DNA of 64,000 nt from Candidatus Pacearchaeota archaeon (GCA_016188825.1 JACPHA010000011.1:7427-71426); one strand, 5' to 3'. Positions 52,965-61,251 are shown, counted from the first letter of the stretch. The notes: a model not told the origin generated them from the sequence alone. Program-made: numbers and translations.

Positions 52965-53846
52965 ATGGAGTTCAAGATACCTTTTACAATATCTTCACTT
53001 GACAGGCTGAAAAAAAGAGCGCAGTATTTTAAGAAATACATAAGATACAGAAAAGATTCACGGCTTCAGAAGTATCTGGAGAATTGTGATGTTACCATAA
53101 CAAGAGAAGAATATCTTTCGATATGCCTAAAGGGTTTTTTTATTTCTCTTTTGGTTTTGTTTCTGTTGTCTTCGACAATTCTTGTTCTATTGAGCATTAG
53201 CAAAGCCATTTTGTTTTCTTCAGGCTTGTCAGTTGTTTTTTCGTCTTTTATTTTATTCACCCGAATAATTTATCCTAAAATTTTCAGCGCGAGAAAAGAG
53301 AGAGAAATAGAGAGAAATTTAATTTCTGCTTTGCAGGATATTCTTGTTCAGCTAAATTCCGGAGTGCCTTTGTTCAGCATAATGGTAAATATTTCTTCTT
53401 CTGATTACGGCGCTTTGAGCAAGGAATTTAAGAAAGTTGTTAAGAAGATTAATGCGGGACTGCCTCAGATTGATGTTCTCGAAGAAATAGGAGAGAAAAA
53501 TCCGTCTATTTACTTTAGAAGAACGCTTTGGCAAATAAGCAATGGATTGAGAGCGGGAAGCGACATTTCTATTATTATAAGAGAGAACATAAAGACATTA
53601 AATGAAGAGCAGCTGATTCAATTGCAGAATTACGGAAATAAATTAAATCCATTAGTAATGTTTTACATGCTCATATCGATTATAATCCCTGCGCTTTCGA
53701 TAACTTTTTTGACTGTTGTTTCTTCTCTTGTTAATCTAAACAGTTTTCTTACAACTTTGATGTTCATAGCTTTGTTTGTTTTTGTTATTTTAATTCAGAT
53801 TATGTTTTTAGGAATAATTAAATCGGCAAGGCCTAATTTGTTGTAA
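52965..53846 (+). CDS. pilus/archaellum platform protein, single T2SSF domain (TadB/TadC/FlaJ-like), first of two
   Basis: 293 aa. ALQDILVQLNSGVPLFSIMVNIS...EFKKVVKKINAGLPQIDVLEEIG flanked by TM helices. Confidence 0.75.
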   Translation: MEFKIPFTISSLDRLKKRAQYFKKYIRYRKDSRLQKYLENCDVTITREEYLSICLKGFFISLLVLFLLSSTILVLLSISKAILFSSGLSVVFSSFILFTRIIYPKIFSARKEREIERNLISALQDILVQLNSGVPLFSIMVNISSSDYGALSKEFKKVVKKINAGLPQIDVLEEIGEKNPSIYFRRTLWQISNGLRAGSDISIIIRENIKTLNEEQLIQLQNYGNKLNPLVMFYMLISIIIPALSITFLTVVSSLVNLNSFLTTLMFIALFVFVILIQIMFLGIIKSARPNLL

Positions 53847-53847
53847 A

Positions 53848-54801
53848 ATGAAAAAAGAAATAATAAAAAAGAGCGAAACAAAAACTCTGCAGAAAAAGAA
53901 AACTAAGGAAAAAGGGTTTGGCAGGAGAAAAGAGTTTTTGATCGCAGTTATTGCAGGATTGTTAGTTTCAACGCTTTTTGCTATTTTCACCAAAAGCTTT
54001 TTGAAAACAGTGATTTCATTTTTTGCTTTTTTTGTTTTATTTGTTTTTTATTTTATTGTCAAAGCCAGATTGAAGAAAAATGCCGAGATTAGAAGGATGG
54101 AAGAGGTTTTTCCTGATCTTATTGAACTTATGGCTTCTAATCTTAGAGCGGGAATGACAACTGACAGGGCGCTATTGTTAAGCTCGAGGAAAGAATTTGC
54201 TCCCTTGGATAAGGAGATACTTCAGGTAGGGAAAGATATTGTAACGGGAAAGGAAATGACCCGCGCTTTAGAAGAAATGGCCATAAGAATTAATTCTGAA
54301 AAAATTAAGAAAACAGTTTTACTTATAAACTCCGGAATTAGGGCGGGCGGAAATTTATCTGTTTTGCTGGAAGAGACCGCTATCAATATGAGGGAGAAGG
54401 AATTTGTTGAAAAAAGGGCGGCATCAAATGTTTTAATGTATGTCATTTTTATTTTCTTTGCGGTTTCAGTTGGGGCGCCAATTTTGTTTGGGCTTTCTTC
54501 TGTGCTTGTGGAAATTCTTACAAATGTTCTTGCGAATGTTGAACTGCCGAGCGGGCAGGGAAATGTAAATGTGCCTTTCACGTTGACAAAGGTAGGCATT
54601 TCTGTTAACTTTATTGTTTATTTTTCAGCTCTTTTTATTATCATTACAGACGTTTTAGCTTCTTTGGTTTTGGGACTGGTGAGAAGCGGCAATGAAAAAG
54701 ACGGCCTGAAATACACTTTGATTTTGATTTTAATCAGCATTAGTGTTTTTTTCGCCACAAGAGGCATCCTTTTAAATTATTTCAGTGACTTTTTTCGATG
54801 A
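53848..54801 (+). CDS. pilus/archaellum platform protein, single T2SSF domain, second of two
   Basis: 317 aa. FPDLIELMASNLRAGMTTDRALLL...IVTGKEMTRALEEMA flanked by TM helices. Starts 2 nt after the previous stop. Confidence 0.75.
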   Translation: MKKEIIKKSETKTLQKKKTKEKGFGRRKEFLIAVIAGLLVSTLFAIFTKSFLKTVISFFAFFVLFVFYFIVKARLKKNAEIRRMEEVFPDLIELMASNLRAGMTTDRALLLSSRKEFAPLDKEILQVGKDIVTGKEMTRALEEMAIRINSEKIKKTVLLINSGIRAGGNLSVLLEETAINMREKEFVEKRAASNVLMYVIFIFFAVSVGAPILFGLSSVLVEILTNVLANVELPSGQGNVNVPFTLTKVGISVNFIVYFSALFIIITDVLASLVLGLVRSGNEKDGLKYTLILILISISVFFATRGILLNYFSDFFR

Positions 54802-54851
54802 GGATGGCAAAGAAAGCGCCCAGTTAAGTTTTTATATGCTTTTTGTTTTAT

Positions 54852-54984
54852 TATGTCAAGGAACTTGACAGGTTCCTTGAGCACGAGAGAATTGCTGGCA
54901 ATTACAATTCTCTGTGCAGAAAATTCCTGACGTGAAGGAATTTTCTTGCATCCAAAAGTCCCAAACACCCAAGGACTTTTTGAT
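54852..54984 (+). repeat. multi-hairpin intergenic repeat, family A copy A5 (four hairpins, variant middle)
   Basis: CAAGGAAC/GTTCCTTG, AGAGAATTG/CAATTCTCT, GAAAATTCC/GGAATTTTC, AAAAGTCC/GGACTTTT. Ends TTTTTGAT. Confidence 0.75.
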
Positions 54985-55006
54985 AATAATTGTTAAAGAG
55001 ATTATA

Positions 55007-55948
55007 ATGGCAAAGAAAATTAAAAAGAGCAAGAAAAAGAGAGTGAAGAAAACTATGCACAAGATAGTTCATTCTAAGCACAAAATCAAACACTCGATTA
55101 AACATAAAATCAAGCGCGCAGTTAAGCATCATAAAAAGATGCATAAGATGCATGTGAAAGATGCGAGACATAAAAAGCACGGAGGACACGGCAGACAAAG
55201 GCGTGCGGGACGCAGATTAATCAATTTGGTTCCGAGGAAGAAGAAAAAATTGATAAGAGTGCCTCTAGGAATACCTAATTTTGATAAATTAATTCAGGGA
55301 GGTTTTGAAAAAAACACCACTAACTTGCTTGTCGGAGGTTCTGGAAGCGGAAAGACAATTTTTGCAGCGCAGTTTTTAGTCAGTGGAATGAAGAAAGGAG
55401 AGAAATGTCTATATGTAACATTTGAAGAGAAGAAGGAGCAGTTTTATGAAAACATGAAAGAGTTTGGCTGGGATTTGGAAGAATATGAGAAAAAAGGTTT
55501 GTTTACTTTTTTGGAGTACACGCCGATACAGGTTAAGACAATGTTAGAGGAAGGCGGGGGCTCTATAGAAAGCATTATTTTAAAAAAGAAGATAGACAGG
55601 ATGGTTTTTGACAGCATAACTTCTTTTGCTTTGCTTTTTGAGGACGAACTGTCGAAGAGAGAAGCGGCTTTGGCTTTGTTTGGGTTGATTCGGGGATGGA
55701 ATTGCACCGCTTTGCTTACTCTGGAAGAAGAGCCATTGGCGCGCGATAAAGCTACTTCAAGCGCGCTGGAGTTTGAGTCTGATTCAATTATAATTTTATA
55801 TTTTGTTAGGCAAAGAGGAGAAAGAGAAAGATATGTAGAGGTTATGAAGATGAGAGGAACAAAACATTCGGAAAAGGTTTATGCTTTTGAAATCGGCAAG
55901 GGAGGAATTATTATAAAAAGACCTGTCTCTAAATTTATTCCAGGATGA
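55007..55948 (+). CDS. KaiC/RecA-superfamily single-domain ATPase (FlaH/ArlH-like) with a His/Lys-rich N-terminal region
   Basis: GIPNFDKLIQGGFEKNTTNLLVGGSGSGKTIFAAQF Walker A and MVFDSITS Walker B. The first ~70 aa are K/H-rich. ATG 55007 preferred. Confidence 0.75.
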   Translation: MAKKIKKSKKKRVKKTMHKIVHSKHKIKHSIKHKIKRAVKHHKKMHKMHVKDARHKKHGGHGRQRRAGRRLINLVPRKKKKLIRVPLGIPNFDKLIQGGFEKNTTNLLVGGSGSGKTIFAAQFLVSGMKKGEKCLYVTFEEKKEQFYENMKEFGWDLEEYEKKGLFTFLEYTPIQVKTMLEEGGGSIESIILKKKIDRMVFDSITSFALLFEDELSKREAALALFGLIRGWNCTALLTLEEEPLARDKATSSALEFESDSIIILYFVRQRGERERYVEVMKMRGTKHSEKVYAFEIGKGGIIIKRPVSKFIPG

Positions 55949-56041
55949 TTTTTTTAAGTTGAGAATTTATAAACTATGAATTATACTATTTTATGTATGA
56001 ATTATTCAAAGTTCTCTATAAACAAGAGGCAATTTAGAAAT

Positions 56042-56524
56042 ATGAAAAAGGCGCAGGCGTGGGGATTTGATTTGTTGATTGGCGGAACGATATTTTTAGG
56101 AGCAATAATCTTTTTTTATTTGTTTACTTATAATTATCCGTCAAGCGGAGAGGAAACTTTTGATATTTTGATTTACGAGGCAGGATTGGTGAGTGATAGT
56201 TTGTTGTCAGAAGGTTATCCAGTTGATTGGAATGAAACAAATGTTGTTAGAATTGGAATTTTAAGCCAGAATAAAATTGATAGTAATAAATTGGAAAAAT
56301 TTTATAATTTGACTAACACAAGTAGTGGATATGCAAAATCGAAAAGTGCTTTTAATGTGAGGAATGATTATTTTGTTAATTTATCAGAACCAACATCGGT
56401 TGGCGGAGTGCAAGTTACAGGAATAGGGAGGTTGAATGATGGGGCTGAAAACCTTATTAAGAGAGAAAGATTTACGATTTATAATAATAAACCTGTGACA
56501 ATGTATGTTTACATGTCGAAATAA
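56042..56524 (+). CDS. pilin-like protein (class III signal peptide-like N-terminus)
   Basis: MKKAQAWGFDLLIGGTIFLGAIIFFYLF. ATG 56042 lies within the longer tracked ORF. Confidence 0.55.
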   Translation: MKKAQAWGFDLLIGGTIFLGAIIFFYLFTYNYPSSGEETFDILIYEAGLVSDSLLSEGYPVDWNETNVVRIGILSQNKIDSNKLEKFYNLTNTSSGYAKSKSAFNVRNDYFVNLSEPTSVGGVQVTGIGRLNDGAENLIKRERFTIYNNKPVTMYVYMSK

Positions 56525-56590
56525 AATTGGCAAGAGTATGTAAATATCTAAAAATGGATAAAAAAGTCGAGGTTTTTACCAGAGGTAAAA

Positions 56591-59245
56591 ATGGATAAAA
56601 AAAGAGGGATTTTTTTCAGCGCAGATGCTTTGGTAGCGGTGATTATAATCATGTTTGTTATTTTTGTTGCTTATCCTATTTTTAAAACTGTAAAACCAGA
56701 AACAGAATTGCAGAATGATATTATTGTGAGTTTGTCTACTTTGAAGATAGGGGACATGTATGCGAGCAACAGTTATGTGCAGGCGCTTTTAGACAGCGGG
56801 ATAATTAAAGATACAAATAAACCCTTGCTTGAACAGATTGGGGAATTTTATGTTACTAATTTTTCTATGGCGCAGAAACTTGGAGAGGAATTTTTGAAAG
56901 ACTTGAATACCAAGAGGAACATAGGGATTTTTTACGGTGGTAGGTTAATAGCTTCTAAAAATTCTACTTCCTATGAAAATGCATCAAATGTTGAAGTAGC
57001 TAGACAATTAATAAGTGGAATCAGAGAAGGAAATAGCACAACAGGGTTTTCTGCGAGGGCTTTTCTTGCAAAAAGCTTGCAGAACAAATATTTTTATTTT
57101 GGAGGTTATGTTGGAGACGGGAACATAACTTTGAGAGCAGATTATAAAGGAAATATAACCGGAGCCGAGCTGGAGACAGCAATTAACGATAATTTTGATG
57201 TTTATGTTAATGGCAAATATGCCGGTTCTTTTTTGAAATCAGCAAATGAATTTACGCCGCAGAAATATTCTTTGCCTACTGGAAACTTTAGTTCTGGAGA
57301 GAATTATATTGATATTTTTGGAAATAATTTGTATATAGCTGGTGGATTTTTGAAGATAACTTATGCCAGCGATGCAGAGTTTGAGCAGGCAACAAGATAT
57401 TATTTTCCAGGTGTTGACGGAGTTGTCAATGTTTATGATGGCTTTTATCTGCCAAATATAAATACGATGAACATACTTTTGCATTTCAATGCAAGCCATC
57501 AGGTGTTTTTAACTATTGGAAATATAACAGTCTTTAATGAAACAGTTGCAGGAGAGGCAACAAGAACAGTTTCTGATGCAGAGCTTTCTTCGAAACTTGA
57601 CTATGGCTCAACAAGCGGGAAGAATGTTCCTGTCAGATTTGGAATAAGAGAGCTTGTGGAAACTTTGGGCGGAGGAAATGCAGATGTCATTTTGATTACT
57701 GATTATTCTGGAAGCATGAAGAAGGCGATAAATGATGACCTATCACAAGGGAATGCTAATTTTGATTGCGCAAATCTTGAAGCCAATCCGAATGCGCAAA
57801 AAGCAAGACTGGCAGAATGCCTGGATTTTCTTTTTGTTGATATAATTATGAATAACAACAATAACAGAATCTGGCCAGTTTACTTGCATTCAGATGCTGT
57901 TGGAGCTTATACGGGCAATGCTTCCGATCCTGTTGCTGTAAAAAACTATATAGATAACAATCCTCCTGGAAACCCCAAAGATAAAACTTGTTTGGCTTGT
58001 GTTTTGAACAAGGGTTATGATATTTTGAAAAGTAATACAAATTCAAGCCAACCAGCAAGAAAAAGATTCATAATTTTGATGACTGATGGAGTGCCAACGC
58101 ACTGCGCTTCCGGTTCTTGCGCAAGCAATTCTTCTGTTTATGGAACGAAATATTGTGACGGCTATTGTGATTTTCAGGGAGGGCAGCAAGAATCTTGTAT
58201 TACTCAGGGATGTGATGATGCTTTGTGCGACAATGCCGTGCAGAACACAATTTATTCCGCGAACAGAAGCACAATTGATTTAAACGCTGTTATTTACACG
58301 ATTGGCTTTGGGCTTGTTGGAACTAATTGCAACAAGGCAAATTCGACGCTTACCGACGTAGCAACGATTGGAAACGGAGAGTATTTTTACAGTTCAAACG
58401 TGAGCGAGCTGAAATTAATTTACGAAAACATTGCAAAAGAAATTTTAAGGGTTTCTTTCAGGGACCAGACGGCAAATCTGACAGGGGCGAATTTCTTTTC
58501 AAGGCTGTATGCGGATTCTTATATTGAATTTAATTACATAAAAGAACAGATTCCATTGGGAGTTATTTTGACTTTGGAGCAGAATTTTAATGATAGTTAT
58601 CATGGGAACTTTTCAATTCCTCCTAATTCCAGTCTGGTTGAGGCAAAGGCGGTTTCATATTCAGGATATAGATGGACAGATTATGCTTCCTTAAATGGAA
58701 TAAAGTTTTACAACTTGACAGAATATATAAAGAAATATTTGGAGTTAGGAGACCCTTTTGTTTTTACACTGCCAAAGAATTTGATTCAGAGTAATAATAC
58801 AGTTAGAATAACAACTGGAAGCTCGCCGGGAAACACAACTTTTGGTTCAGTGAGCAATAAAATTATTTATACCGTTGTCAAGAACACAACTTCTTTCGCG
58901 ACTGGAAATGAAAGCACTGGCGGAATTTTCGCTTTTGCGGAAGGCTGTGAATGGAATGTAACTTTTGAAGATGGGATAACTGACATAATTCCAATGCCTG
59001 CTTTTTATAGCAATGGAAATTCATGCACTTATGACGGGAGTGATTGCGACGCCGACGGAACTCCATGTGATATTAATGACGCTTTGCAAGTTGCTGCCAA
59101 TAATTTATTGAAAGTTCTTGATTTTGATTCTGATGGTAAGGTAGATGTGAAATTTTCTGAGCAGAATTTGCAAGTTGCTGGGGAGACGATAACAGGCATT
59201 CCATTTGCTTGGAGCACGGAGGTTCAAGTCATAGTATGGGATTAA
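56591..59245 (+). CDS. large pilin-like surface protein with a von Willebrand factor A domain
   Basis: 884 aa. N-terminus MDKKRGIFFSADALVAVIIIMFVIF, MIDAS DYSGS (57701-57715), ILMTDGVPT, a Cys-rich segment and many N-x-S/T sites. Confidence 0.7.
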   Translation: MDKKRGIFFSADALVAVIIIMFVIFVAYPIFKTVKPETELQNDIIVSLSTLKIGDMYASNSYVQALLDSGIIKDTNKPLLEQIGEFYVTNFSMAQKLGEEFLKDLNTKRNIGIFYGGRLIASKNSTSYENASNVEVARQLISGIREGNSTTGFSARAFLAKSLQNKYFYFGGYVGDGNITLRADYKGNITGAELETAINDNFDVYVNGKYAGSFLKSANEFTPQKYSLPTGNFSSGENYIDIFGNNLYIAGGFLKITYASDAEFEQATRYYFPGVDGVVNVYDGFYLPNINTMNILLHFNASHQVFLTIGNITVFNETVAGEATRTVSDAELSSKLDYGSTSGKNVPVRFGIRELVETLGGGNADVILITDYSGSMKKAINDDLSQGNANFDCANLEANPNAQKARLAECLDFLFVDIIMNNNNNRIWPVYLHSDAVGAYTGNASDPVAVKNYIDNNPPGNPKDKTCLACVLNKGYDILKSNTNSSQPARKRFIILMTDGVPTHCASGSCASNSSVYGTKYCDGYCDFQGGQQESCITQGCDDALCDNAVQNTIYSANRSTIDLNAVIYTIGFGLVGTNCNKANSTLTDVATIGNGEYFYSSNVSELKLIYENIAKEILRVSFRDQTANLTGANFFSRLYADSYIEFNYIKEQIPLGVILTLEQNFNDSYHGNFSIPPNSSLVEAKAVSYSGYRWTDYASLNGIKFYNLTEYIKKYLELGDPFVFTLPKNLIQSNNTVRITTGSSPGNTTFGSVSNKIIYTVVKNTTSFATGNESTGGIFAFAEGCEWNVTFEDGITDIIPMPAFYSNGNSCTYDGSDCDADGTPCDINDALQVAANNLLKVLDFDSDGKVDVKFSEQNLQVAGETITGIPFAWSTEVQVIVWD

Positions 59246-60195
59246 TAAATGCAGGCATTAAAATAAGAAACAAAAAAGGAATTTTTTTTACAATGATGGC
59301 AATCTTGATAATTTCTCTGTTTGTTTTGTCTTATACTTTTTACAATGAGATAAAAGAGGACAAATCAGTAAACAACAGAGTGAATACAATGAATAATTTT
59401 CTTTTTTCGGTTGAAAAGGACTTGGAGAGACAGATGTATATTTTTGGTTTTAGAACTATTTTTTTGATTGAGAAGAAAATTGTTGAGACAGGAACTTACA
59501 GGACAAATATAAATCAGACATTCCACGAGGCTTTTTTCAACGGGACCATTTATGGAGAGGCACAGGCATTATTGAATGACGCAAAGTTTTCACATTTTAA
59601 TAATACTATAAATAACAATGCTAAAAAAATAAATGTTGATATAATTTTTTCTGACCCCAAAGTTGAAGTCACGCAGGATGATCCCTGGCATATCAAGGTT
59701 ACATTGATTGCGGACCTGGAGATGAGTGATATTGGAGGTGTTGCTTTATGGAAAAAGACAGAGAAAATTTCAGGGAGAATATCTGTTGAAAATTTTGAAG
59801 ACCCAATTTATTATACAATTACGAGCGGCAGAGCGAGCAACAAAATTACAAGAACACCATATACAGATTTTAGTGTCATTGCTGATTTTTCCGAGCATGC
59901 AACCAACTCTTATTACAAAGCAGACAGTGATGCGCCGAGTTTTCTTGACAGGCTTGCGGGGAACATAACTATTGCGAATCCGCAGGGAATTGAATCAATT
60001 GTTAATTTACAGAAATTGTCGCAGCAGGGTGTTTCTGTGCAAGAAAAATCTACGATTGACCATATTTATTTTTCTTCTGATAATCCAAGTTTTGGTTGTG
60101 TTAATGGAATGCCGTCGTGGTTTAGGATTGACGACACACATGCTGATAAATATAACGTAACTGTTGGGGGTTGTTCTGGCGGATTGTTTGAATGA
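59236..60195 (+). CDS. pilin-like protein (class III signal peptide-like N-terminus)
   Basis: MGLINAGIKIRNKKGIFFTMMAILIISLFVL has the same KKGIFF pattern as 56591. Overlaps the previous stop by 10 nt. Confidence 0.55.
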   Translation: MGLINAGIKIRNKKGIFFTMMAILIISLFVLSYTFYNEIKEDKSVNNRVNTMNNFLFSVEKDLERQMYIFGFRTIFLIEKKIVETGTYRTNINQTFHEAFFNGTIYGEAQALLNDAKFSHFNNTINNNAKKINVDIIFSDPKVEVTQDDPWHIKVTLIADLEMSDIGGVALWKKTEKISGRISVENFEDPIYYTITSGRASNKITRTPYTDFSVIADFSEHATNSYYKADSDAPSFLDRLAGNITIANPQGIESIVNLQKLSQQGVSVQEKSTIDHIYFSSDNPSFGCVNGMPSWFRIDDTHADKYNVTVGGCSGGLFE

Positions 60196-60385
60196 TATAT
60201 AGAGAATTTTTTAAAATATAACTAAGGATAATAGGTTTTTCACTAACTTTGCATTTCCTCTATTGACAGTCAAAGCCAAAAGGTAAATTATTAATGTTTC
60301 TTACTATAAACATAATTAAATAAATATTTTCAATTATAGATATTAGAAAATTAAGAACAAATTAAATTGACGAAAAAAGGGAATA

Positions 60386-60393
60386 TTTATAAA
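60386..60393 (+). promoter_or_regulatory. candidate TATA box for the pilin gene
   Basis: TTTATAAA lies 60 nt upstream of ATG 60453. The predicted transcript would have a ~35-nt leader containing the Shine-Dalgarno sequence. Confidence 0.3.
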
Positions 60394-60440
60394 CTATATT
60401 ATTTTAATAAATATATTAAATTATTTTTGGAAAAAGAAAA

Positions 60441-60447
60441 AGGAGGT
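60441..60447 (+). promoter_or_regulatory. Shine-Dalgarno sequence of the pilin gene
   Basis: AGGAGGT lies 5 nt upstream of ATG 60453. The same GGAGGT element precedes 21061 and 33181. Confidence 0.6.
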
Positions 60448-60452
60448 AAAAA

Positions 60453-60938
60453 ATGCACAGGAAAGGTCAAGCAGCTATGGAGTTTTTGATGACTTACGGC
60501 TGGGCTATTTTAGCGGCGATAATTGCCATCGGAGTGCTTGCATATTTCGGGGTCTTCAATCCGAGCAGATTGGCAGGATCTGCGGGAGTCTTGAATGCAC
60601 CAATGAATGTTGATGAATTTAATATACTGGCTGATGATTCATCATGCTCTGGCGGTACGGATTGCATGAACCTTATTATTACACAAAATTCTGGACAAGC
60701 GCTTAATGTGACATCTACTAATATAACTTTAACAAGTGGCGGTTCTGGGAGTTGCTCTGATACGATTTTGTTGCCATCAGCGTGGTCATCTGGAAGTAAA
60801 CAGACTTTCCTCTTTGAATGCGGTAATTCTTTTGAAAATGGAGCTTCAATAGCGGGTAACATCGAAATAAAGTACACCGTAACAGGGAGCGATTTAGTAC
60901 AAACCTCAACCGGCAATATCAGAGGGGTTGCTCAATAA
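60453..60938 (+). CDS. type IV pilin (class III signal peptide), candidate major pilin
   Basis: MHRKGQAAMEFLMTYGWAILAAIIAIGVLAYF is a canonical archaeal prepilin N-terminus. Strong Shine-Dalgarno and a Ser/Thr/Gly-rich body. Confidence 0.8.
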   Translation: MHRKGQAAMEFLMTYGWAILAAIIAIGVLAYFGVFNPSRLAGSAGVLNAPMNVDEFNILADDSSCSGGTDCMNLIITQNSGQALNVTSTNITLTSGGSGSCSDTILLPSAWSSGSKQTFLFECGNSFENGASIAGNIEIKYTVTGSDLVQTSTGNIRGVAQ

Positions 60939-60981
60939 ATTTATTTTTTATTTTTGTTTTCTAGGGAAAGAAATTTAAGAA

Positions 60982-61245
60982 TTAAATTTCCCAGTTAGTT
61001 TCTTGTTTTTTGTCTTTTAATTTTTCCAAAGCGAATGAAATATCTTCCTTTTTCAGAGTTTTCCTACCTCTTATTGTCATTTCATCTTTCAAGATTAACA
61101 TTAAGTTTTTTAGCTTTTCTTCCAAGTTTTTTTCTAAATAGACGAGAGCATTTGGATTTACTCTTTTAATTCCATTTTCTTTAAGCTTTTTTATTAAGTT
61201 TTTTCTTTTAATTAATGTATTTACTTTTTTATTACTTTTTTTCAT
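60982..61245 (-). CDS. histone-fold protein with a Lys-rich N-terminal tail
   Basis: 87 aa. GIKRVNPNALVYLEKNLEEKLKNLMLILKDEMTIRGRKTLKKEDISFAL aligns with HMf-type GAERVS...AGRKTIKAEDIELA. Confidence 0.65.
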   Translation of the reverse strand: MKKSNKKVNTLIKRKNLIKKLKENGIKRVNPNALVYLEKNLEEKLKNLMLILKDEMTIRGRKTLKKEDISFALEKLKDKKQETNWEI

Positions 61246-61251
61246 TTTTTG

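Noticed and set aside
19841-54984. Whether the family A repeats are a CRISPR array
   Set aside because: The five copies are 4-24 kb apart, separated by ordinary genes, 63-133 nt long and internally multi-hairpinned. There is no regular repeat-spacer periodicity, and no cas genes are visible.
54914-55006. Upstream extension of the KaiC-like ORF (tracked start 54914)
   Set aside because: The extension is encoded by family A repeat copy A5. ATG 55007 (MAKKIKK...) lies just downstream of the repeat and is the more plausible start.
60494-60916. 140-aa minus-strand ORF antisense to the pilin gene
   Set aside because: The + strand ORF has a canonical class III signal peptide and a strong Shine-Dalgarno sequence. 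The antisense ORF has neither a start context nor any motif.
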